Below are positions 37,883 to 46,300 of a stretch of 64,000 bases of DNA, in pieces. The notes beneath the pieces were generated by a model. The model ran no database searches and was not told the origin of the DNA. It was given only the letters and a program-made list of their open reading frames with translations. A program made the position numbers and the translations under genes. The stretch's first letter is position 1. The number at the start of each line of letters is the position of its first letter. Source of the DNA: Candidatus Heimdallarchaeota archaeon (GTDB lineage Archaea; Asgardarchaeota; Heimdallarchaeia; JABLTI01); NCBI GenBank assembly GCA_019056785.1, contig DXJV01000059.1, forward strand, positions 1 through 64,000, given 5' to 3'.

Positions 37883-38066
37883 ACCGATTTATTCTTAACA
37901 ATCTAAATTATTAATCTTCTTGTTTAAATCGAATTTAGTGTAGAACAACATCAATTAATAATTTTTTTATTTGCTTTCTGGCGGATAAAACAACGAAACT
38001 ACCATGTGAGAGATACTAAGGGGTTGTTGAAAAAAAAAGAGAAAGAAAGAAAAAAAGGGTTGAAAA

Positions 38067-38618
38067 TTAACTCGAGTTTGGGATTAATCGTTCTTTCTCG
38101 AGATAGTCCAAAATAATTTTTACACTTTCTTCTACAGTTTCATGTTCTGTATCACAGACAATTTCAGGGTTTGGAGGTTCCTCGTAAGGATGACTCACAC
38201 CGGTGAAATTCTCTATCTCACCTGCAAAAGCTTTCTCATAAAGCCCTTTTACATCTCTTCTTGCACATTCTTCGACTGATGCTTTGACAAAGACCTCAAT
38301 GAAGCGCGCATTCTCTGCTTCAACCTCTTTTCGGGCTTGCTCACGGACAGAGATGTAGGGAGAAATAAACGAAACAAGTGTTGCCACTCCATGTTTGGCT
38401 AAGAGCCGGGTGACAAATGTTACTCGTTCAATGTTTTTCTTTCGATCTTCTTCTGTGAAGCCTAAGTCTTTTGTCAAAGATTTGCGAACAATGTCGCCAT
38501 CTAATCGTTGCACTCGGAGGTTGCGTTTTAATAGCTCCTCTTCGAGTTTAACTGCAATAGTCGTTTTACCAGCACCAGAAAGTCCTGTAAACCAAACAAC
38601 AAAACCTGGTTTATGCAT
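38067..38618 (-). CDS. cysC: Adenylyl-sulfate (APS) kinase
   Basis: WFTGLSGAGKTT, LDGDIVR, ISPY, RDVKGLY, FTGVSHPYEEP. Confidence 0.96.
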   Translation of the reverse strand: MHKPGFVVWFTGLSGAGKTTIAVKLEEELLKRNLRVQRLDGDIVRKSLTKDLGFTEEDRKKNIERVTFVTRLLAKHGVATLVSFISPYISVREQARKEVEAENARFIEVFVKASVEECARRDVKGLYEKAFAGEIENFTGVSHPYEEPPNPEIVCDTEHETVEESVKIILDYLEKERLIPNSS

Positions 38619-38653
38619 ATGTTTTAGTCTCCAATGTTAATGTGAGTGTTTCT

Positions 38654-39847
38654 TTAAGATACGAAGAGTTCTTTTTGACTGAGAAGATACTTCGCTACTT
38701 CAGGTCGGATATATTCTGTTAGTCCATCAAGTTGCTTATTCATGAGCATTGCTCTAATCTTTCGACCACTGATTAAATGTTGGTATTTTGTATTAACATG
38801 CGGGCAAGTCTTGTCTGAGACAACTCCATTGCATTTTTTACAGATGAAAAATGAACGGAAACAGATCGGTTGAATCCTCAAGTCAGGGAATTTGTCGAAA
38901 ATCGCATGAGCATCAAATGGTCCATAATAATTGCCCACACCTGCATGGTCGCGTCCTACGATAAAATGTGTACAACCAAAGTTCTTACGCATAATAGCAT
39001 GAAAGATTGCTTCCTTCGGGCCAGCATATCGCATCCTTGTTCGTAAGATTCCCAACATGGTTTTACTTTCTGGGTAATAATTCTGGATGAGAATTTTATA
39101 TGCTCCAAGGATAACAGGGTCGAGGAAATCGTTCTTTTTCTTCTTCCCAATAATTGGATTAATGAACAGTCCATCAACAAGATTTAAAGCAGTCTTTTGA
39201 ACAAATTCATGGCCAATGTGCGGGACATTGCGTGTTTGGAATCCAACAACAGACTTCCAATTGCGCTCCTTGAACATTCGTCGTGTTTCCTCAGGATAAA
39301 AAGTAAATTCTTTGAATTGTTTAATTTCAGTGTTAAGAAGGGAGATTTTTCCACTTAAAAGAATGTCATTTGCTTGCATAACATTGGCAACACCGGGGTG
39401 TTCCATATCAAGTGTTTGAAAGACACTTTGAGCAACTTCCCGCTTTTTATATGGGAATTTTTCTTCGAGATGAAGCACAGCGAAAACTTCAGAATTTCCA
39501 TTGAAAACGGCAATATCATCCCCCTCAGAAAACTGGTCAGCGATCTCCTCTGAAACATCTAATGTAATGGGAATTGTCCAAGGAATGTCGTTTGGCAACC
39601 GATCGAACTTAATTATTGACTCAACTTCATTTTCGCCCATAAAACCTTTAAGGGGGCTGAAAACACCATGAGCAATGTTGTTGATATCTTCAATAGTTTC
39701 ATTTGAGGCCTTTAAATAAGGCATTTCTCTACTTTCCGATAAAAGTCGCTCCTTTTTTCGCTTAGATGAAATCACTCTATTAATTAATTTACCACCATGA
39801 GGTCTGATCAATATCAACTTATCTCCATTTTTTGTTTTAATTTGCAC
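38654..39847 (-). CDS. sat: Sulfate adenylyltransferase (ATP sulfurylase)
   Basis: PHGGKL, FSPLKGFM, FQTRNVPHIGHE, MRYAGPKEA, GRDHAGVG, ISGRKIR. Confidence 0.96.
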   Translation of the reverse strand: MQIKTKNGDKLILIRPHGGKLINRVISSKRKKERLLSESREMPYLKASNETIEDINNIAHGVFSPLKGFMGENEVESIIKFDRLPNDIPWTIPITLDVSEEIADQFSEGDDIAVFNGNSEVFAVLHLEEKFPYKKREVAQSVFQTLDMEHPGVANVMQANDILLSGKISLLNTEIKQFKEFTFYPEETRRMFKERNWKSVVGFQTRNVPHIGHEFVQKTALNLVDGLFINPIIGKKKKNDFLDPVILGAYKILIQNYYPESKTMLGILRTRMRYAGPKEAIFHAIMRKNFGCTHFIVGRDHAGVGNYYGPFDAHAIFDKFPDLRIQPICFRSFFICKKCNGVVSDKTCPHVNTKYQHLISGRKIRAMLMNKQLDGLTEYIRPEVAKYLLSQKELFVS

Positions 39848-40192
39848 TTTTTGATAAACAATAGCTATTATAGGTGGTATGATGGTATTGAAAGAGAGAC
39901 AAATTCTTTCATAAACATACTAATAACAAGCTCTTTTTCATTAGCTACTTGAATTTGTGAGAAATTACACTTTGTTATTAATAAGTTTATTCAAAATAAA
40001 GATAAGATGAGAATCATAAAACACTCTTGCTACCAAAAAATGAGTAAAGCTTGCATTTTTCATGCCAGAAGCCAATTTTTTTCTCCAGAAGAAAGGATTT
40101 GTTTGTAGTTTAGCTCCAAATTTAACATATTTTTCTTGAAATTAGCCGTCAGTAGACATGAAATTTCTGTCATCAAAAGTTTAAAGCCAGTT

Positions 40193-42361
40193 TTATTTTG
40201 CTTTTTTCCCAATTTGTGTAATTTTTCGAAGGAATTGATCTTTTGGGAATAATATAACCAATCTTTTCAGTTCATTATAATATAGGTCAATCTTTTCTTT
40301 TTGTTGGAAAACTTTTGCAATCCCTAATAGAAATAGCAAGCCGATCGAGCCTCTCCGAGTAATTTCCTGTTGTTTACTATAAAGACTAATAAAATCTATT
40401 AGTTTATTCGAAAGCCAGTCGATTGTTTCTTGTTCTTGATTTGGGAAATCAAGGATAAGAAAATTCAAGGTGTCTAAATATTTCAGCTGAAGTTGTTCAT
40501 CGTACGAATGGACTTTTGCGATTTCTTCGTTAATTTCGAGTAGAATGGTTTTTTGCTTTTGATTTTTCGCTTCAAAAGATAAAATGCCTTCATTGATTGC
40601 ACGTGCAATTTTAAGGGGAATTTCTTCATCATTCAGAATTAATCGATTAGCAATTTCCAATTCTTCTTTAATTTTTAAGAATAGGGCATATTCACCTTTC
40701 CGTGCATAATAACTTAGCAAGTGTATTAAATTATCCACAAAATTATATTGTTGATAATACTTGTTTAAAAGTTTCAAACCCTTATGATTAAGGATTTTCA
40801 TGAGAACAAGGACTGCTTCACCATCAAAACGTGCTGCACGAAGGGTCACAGCTCGAACCAAAGGCTCAATGAGTTCAATGACGAATTTCTTTTCACAAAG
40901 TTTGTTCGTATGAGTTATAATCTCTTCTTTTGTTATCTTCAATTCTTTGGAATTAAATCCAAACATCCCCACTGCATAAATCAAGGCAAGAGTATGGAGC
41001 AAGTGGTTCTCAAGGTATATTTCATTATCAAAATGGAGTTGCCGTAAAAAGTTCACCTGGTTAACAATTGCGCTTTCTTTTGTTGCTGCAGTAGTTAAAT
41101 CATCCCGAAGTGAAATTGCATCTTGAATCTCGTTGATTGTTTGCCTATCAGGCGGGATTTGTCCGGTCTCTCTGAGATGTTCCTTCAGAGAAGCATCATA
41201 GTCAATGATCGCGTCAACTTCTTCGACAATAGTTATTGGGGTCAATGCATCCGGCTTTTGAGCGATGATTTGTCTATAAACTTCTTCAATATCATGGATG
41301 TTATTTAAATCGTAAGCAAGTACAATCCCCCGACGGCCTATTTTCAAGGCATCGTACTCCTCAATGCGCATTGTTTTCATGATTGACATGAGTTTTACTT
41401 CTGCTTCTCGTAAAAGCTGGTTTTTATCGCGTCCTTCTTTAAGTTCTTGAATGAGAGGGATGTCCATGAATTCATCCCAAAGATTAAATTGATCAAAAGC
41501 ATAACTAAGGCGATAAATATCCTCAAAAAGTGTTTTCCCTTTTTGTCGGAGCAAATATTCTGCATCTTGCAAAATATGCCGGATAAATTGAAGGCATTCC
41601 TTCTTCTTTTGTTTCTTATTCTGTCTTGCGAGATTAATTATCGCATTTATCGCTCCTTCCTGCAATATTTCATTTATATCCTCGCCAATTAATGAAGTCT
41701 TCAATCTATTTAGCAAAGGTTCTGCTTCAAGTTCATATTCGAAGTTGCTTATAGCGAAGCTACTGAGTTGCTGGTAGACTTTATTGATCAGTGAACAATC
41801 TTGGTCGTTTAAATAGAATAAGGTGTTCATGAAGACTTTTGCATCAAGAAGTTGAATGCTCTCAAGAAGAGGATGAAGAACAGCTTTTTCTTGAACGTGA
41901 TTCAAAATTTCTAAAATTTCAGTATCATCGCCCCATTTAATTAATTCTACGGCAGCAGCGGAAATTGCTTGAAAAACTTGCAACTTTTCCGGGAATCGTG
42001 CGAGAATCTCGAGTAAATCATTGAAAAAATTTGTTCGGGTTTTCCCTCGGACGGGGCGGCTATCAACAATCACTTGCGAGATAGCAAAAGCAAAAAATCG
42101 AAGAACTCCTTTGTTCTCCTTAGCAATTGCAACCACTTCAGCAAATTCGTTTAGAAGCATTTGTTCTGTTTCAAAATCATTTTGTTCACTAAAATGAAGG
42201 ATGACATTAAATAAAGTTTCAGCAAATTTAACTGTTGTTTGTTGATCCTTTTTCAAGTCGATTTTTTTTCGTAGAGAATGAATTTCAGTCAGAATCTCTT
42301 CTTTTGAAAGTTTATCTAGCTTGTCTCTGAGAGCGTTGATTGTTTCAGTCATGGTTTGCAC
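40193..42361 (-). CDS. Hypothetical all-alpha (solenoid-like) protein
   Basis: 722-aa ORF of amphipathic helices with recurring helical-hairpin patterns. No catalytic motif recognised. Confidence 0.6.
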   Translation of the reverse strand: MQTMTETINALRDKLDKLSKEEILTEIHSLRKKIDLKKDQQTTVKFAETLFNVILHFSEQNDFETEQMLLNEFAEVVAIAKENKGVLRFFAFAISQVIVDSRPVRGKTRTNFFNDLLEILARFPEKLQVFQAISAAAVELIKWGDDTEILEILNHVQEKAVLHPLLESIQLLDAKVFMNTLFYLNDQDCSLINKVYQQLSSFAISNFEYELEAEPLLNRLKTSLIGEDINEILQEGAINAIINLARQNKKQKKKECLQFIRHILQDAEYLLRQKGKTLFEDIYRLSYAFDQFNLWDEFMDIPLIQELKEGRDKNQLLREAEVKLMSIMKTMRIEEYDALKIGRRGIVLAYDLNNIHDIEEVYRQIIAQKPDALTPITIVEEVDAIIDYDASLKEHLRETGQIPPDRQTINEIQDAISLRDDLTTAATKESAIVNQVNFLRQLHFDNEIYLENHLLHTLALIYAVGMFGFNSKELKITKEEIITHTNKLCEKKFVIELIEPLVRAVTLRAARFDGEAVLVLMKILNHKGLKLLNKYYQQYNFVDNLIHLLSYYARKGEYALFLKIKEELEIANRLILNDEEIPLKIARAINEGILSFEAKNQKQKTILLEINEEIAKVHSYDEQLQLKYLDTLNFLILDFPNQEQETIDWLSNKLIDFISLYSKQQEITRRGSIGLLFLLGIAKVFQQKEKIDLYYNELKRLVILFPKDQFLRKITQIGKKAK

Positions 42362-42548
42362 CGAAATTAAACCAAACAGGCGCTTCTAGTTAAGTCAACT
42401 CTATGTTAATATAATAATATTCTTTTTCTATAGGCAATGTGAATAGCGGGTTTCCTTCAAAGCTAACAGAAAGAATTTAGTTAGCGTTACTTTGATCTTA
42501 AAACATGAAAAAAAAAGAGGAAAAGAGAAAAACTTTTCATTTGTATTT

Positions 42549-43100
42549 TTACAACATTTTTGATGGGAGTTCTGCCATTTTCTTTTTAATGAATTCTCGT
42601 CGTTCTCCACGGGACTTGAATTTGGTAATTTCGTCTTTGTATTTCTCCATGACAATTTGTCGTTGGAAGAAAGCATATAAGGTGTCATAGAATGGAAATT
42701 CCATCTCCAGTGCATCGTGGTCAGAATCGACAAGCAAGGGAGCACCGCTAGCAATAACCTCAAGGCCAAGAGCCAATGGTTCTTCCTCTAATTTGCCTGT
42801 GTCAGCGGCGCGAACAACTTTCTGAAGTCGGGCAAGGGCTTCATCATCTCCGAGTTTGTACTTTTTAACAATGGCATCAAAAGTACAAAACTTTTCATCA
42901 TTTTCTTTGTAGTGATCTAATTCAATGCCGGTGCCAGTATCATAAGGTATTGCGCCGGTTTTTTCGACAAACTCAGGAATCTCTTCACGTGGCAAGAAAA
43001 TGAATTGCGCTTTCAAATCGATAAAGCGTTTGATAAGCCAAGGAGAAGCGACTCGATCAACATGGACATAATCACGTGTAACCCAAAGCATAAAATTCAT
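42549..43100 (-). CDS. Chromate resistance protein ChrB-domain protein
   Basis: WVTR..HVDRVASPWLIKRFID..A.FIF, CTFD, VRAAD, YDTLY. Confidence 0.85.
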   Translation of the reverse strand: MNFMLWVTRDYVHVDRVASPWLIKRFIDLKAQFIFLPREEIPEFVEKTGAIPYDTGTGIELDHYKENDEKFCTFDAIVKKYKLGDDEALARLQKVVRAADTGKLEEEPLALGLEVIASGAPLLVDSDHDALEMEFPFYDTLYAFFQRQIVMEKYKDEITKFKSRGERREFIKKKMAELPSKML

Positions 43101-43316
43101 CTCTGAAGTGTTTTATCATTTAATTATTCTAATCATACATTTTTCTTACGAGTTTTAAGAATTTCTATGCCCTTTTTTTAAATTAGATATTTCTTTAAAA
43201 GATTAATCTAATAGCAAAATGCTTTAAAATTCATTAAAAAGCCTTCTTCCTTTAGGGATTAACCGTAATAGGTGAAAAAAAGAATGATAAAGAAAAAAAA
43301 AATAGTGGATAAGGCA

Positions 43317-46300
43317 TTACTGGTCATAATAATTTTGATCATCAGAATAGTACTGTGAATAGTCTTGCTGTTGTTGTTCTCCTTCTTGAGAGTATTGTTG
43401 GTCTTGGGAATATTGATCAGGGTAAGAAAAGTCTACTTCTTGATAATAATGGTCAATTGGGGGTTGTTGATAGAACTCTTTGCGGAAACCAAAGATGCTT
43501 TCAACTAGTAGCGGTGCGGCTGAAAACTCATTTAAGTCTATAAGTTCAGAAGTGAGTTGGTGTTTGAAAGTGACCTCAAATTCATCAAGGAATCGTAATA
43601 CTAGTTCTTTCAAAATTGGTTTTACATCATTCACTAGTAAAATGGCATTGCCAAAATAACCAATGGCAACAATTAACCGCTTCTCACCGAACTCAAGCAC
43701 TTGGGTTTGCTGTTCAAGATCCGTTTCGCCTGTAATTTCTCTAAGAATTCCAACAATGCCGGTGAGAGCACCACCAAAGAGTTGTTCGTCTTCAAACAAG
43801 TCTTTGGAGTAGGGAACATATGTAAGCGTCAAACCATTTTTAGTGACGTAAGCTACTGCTTCCAAGCTTTTTTGCCAGCCTTTATTAATGCGTTTTTTCT
43901 TTGTCGCAACGACCAAAATGGTAGAAAAGATGATTGCAATTATCAATCCCCCTCCCACCGGGAGAACAATGGTGTAGAGGTTCTCTTTCAACCATTGGAA
44001 TAAGGGGCTAGCCGACCCTCCGTTGTTTCCTGAAGCCATCTTCAACTCTAAGGGATAGGTAGTTGTTTGAAGGGAATTACCAGCGCTGTCTGTTATAATA
44101 AAGCTTAATGTAAAGTTCCCTTCGCCAAGAGTAGATAAATTAAGAGATGTAGTAAAAATATAAATGCCATTTAGTCCTTGGACCAGGGTCATCTGAATTG
44201 TTTCATTTATGCCATTCCCTGCAATAACTAAGCTAATTGATGCTACCCCATAATTGTCTTGAGCTGAGAGTGAAATATTAATCATATTTGCACTAGTGTT
44301 TGTAGAAAGTTCGAATTCATTTTTATAGTTTGATAATACACGATCGCCAAAGATGATGGAACCAAAAATGCTTGGATCAACTTTATCAATTATTACTTCA
44401 ATAACAAGTGTTCTTCCACGATCAGCGGTGTCATAAACAGTGATTGTAAGATTATGGTGTTCGCCGGGAGCAACGAAGTTATCTTCGGTGACATTTACTT
44501 CAAGCCAGAAAGGTTGGTCAAGGATGTTACCAACATAGCTCTTATAATAAACTACTACTTGTCCATCGGCTATTACCTGGACTTCTTTCACACCAAGCCG
44601 GGTATCAAAAACTGTGAGGTTTATAATGAAATTGGGGTTGTTAGTAACATAGCTTTGAGGAATATTCACAAAAAATTCAGGTGCCTGCGGATAAAGTTCA
44701 ACAGTGATTGTCGCTTTTTTAGTGTTATGTGCAGCATCAAAAGCTTCAACAGTAATGTTATGATGGCCATCAGCAAAAGAAGAAACGTCAAAGAATTGTG
44801 CAGTAGTCAAGTCGTTAAAGGTGCCCATGAAAGTAGTGTTAATCCAGACATTGTATCCTGCAATTCCTGACCCGGAATCAAAAGCAGACCATTCAACATA
44901 CAAATTATCTTCCAGAATTAACTCGAGGTTATTGGGAGTTAATATCGCAACGCTTGGCGCTAATTGATCGATCCAGACAAAACGCATGTCGACAAACTGG
45001 AAGCTACTTCCAATTAATACTGCAATTGTCACATTGAAAACGGGGAAGTCCGAGGGATTGATAGCTCCAAAATCCACAATTGTTGATAAAGTGGTATTGC
45101 TATATGCCCCATATAAGGTTCCATTAACAAAAACATAAAACTGGTCAACAAAGATGTTTTTCACATTCCAGGTGAAATTAACTGTTGTGGAATAAGAATA
45201 ACTCGAGAATTCTATGGGATCTATGATATTAAAGGAGGGGGCGAGAGTATTGTGTTGAACAGAAATTGTTTGTTCAGTAAAATGACCTATATAATCTATA
45301 ACTCGAATAGTAATAGTTGAAGAAGCATTAGCAGGAATGGTAAACTCATAAAAACTACTTGAGGGGTCAGTTAAAGTATCAATTTGGAGACCATTAAGGA
45401 AAACGGCATATTCTTTAATACCCGTACCATTGTCATTTGCATCCCAGAAAACCGTCACAACTTCCGAACTGGTAAGAAAACCATCTTCTGGTGAAGTGAT
45501 TTCTAAGGAAGGTGCGAAGGTATCAAGAGCAATTGTGTAGTAATCCAAAGCATAATTTCCTGCTTTGTCCCATGCCATTATTAAAATTTCATTAAAGCCT
45601 TCGGAGAGAGTAATTGTGTCATTAAAAATTGTGTTATCATAAAAACTGTAGAAGATATCATTAATTTCTAACTCGAAATAATCAATACCACTCCCACCGC
45701 TATTGTCGACGCCGATCCATTCCACGAATAGGGACAGATTGTCAGTATAATACCAATTGTCTTCTTGCGGTAGGGTTAAAGGTTCAAGAGCAACTGTGGG
45801 AGTGACAGTATCTCGTGTAATCGTTATTGATCTTGACTTGTTATGCCCAACAGCATCTGAAGCAACCACTTGAATTTGATATTGCTTATCAAAAGGCAAG
45901 TCTACAACAGTAGAATGTGAATCTGTAACGTCGATGCTTTTACCATCTAAATAAATCTGATAGAATTCAACCCACGACCATTCATCATAGCCATCCCACT
46001 CAAGATTAATTGATGAGGATTTAACTGCAGAATTATCGATGGGGGAAGTAATCTCTAAGTAGGGGGGAGAATTATCATAAATGATAAAGACAGTATCTTT
46101 ACCTTTATTGTTGCTTGTATCTTTGCCAATAATGGTTACATTGTAGATTCCTTCGCCGGCATCAAGAGTGAGCCAAAGTGAGGTGGCTGACTCGTCGCTT
46201 TTTTGTAGTGAGCCATTAACATAAGCATCAAAAAGAACATCGTCTCCTTCAGGGTCATAATAATCATACGAAACTTGAATCAGGTCGGAGTCGACGATAT

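Noticed and set aside
39906-39980. 9-bp inverted repeat TAATAACAA/TTGTTATTA upstream of sat, and a 14-mer shared with about 61664
   Set aside because: Both are very AT-rich, and matches of this length are expected by chance in 64 kb.
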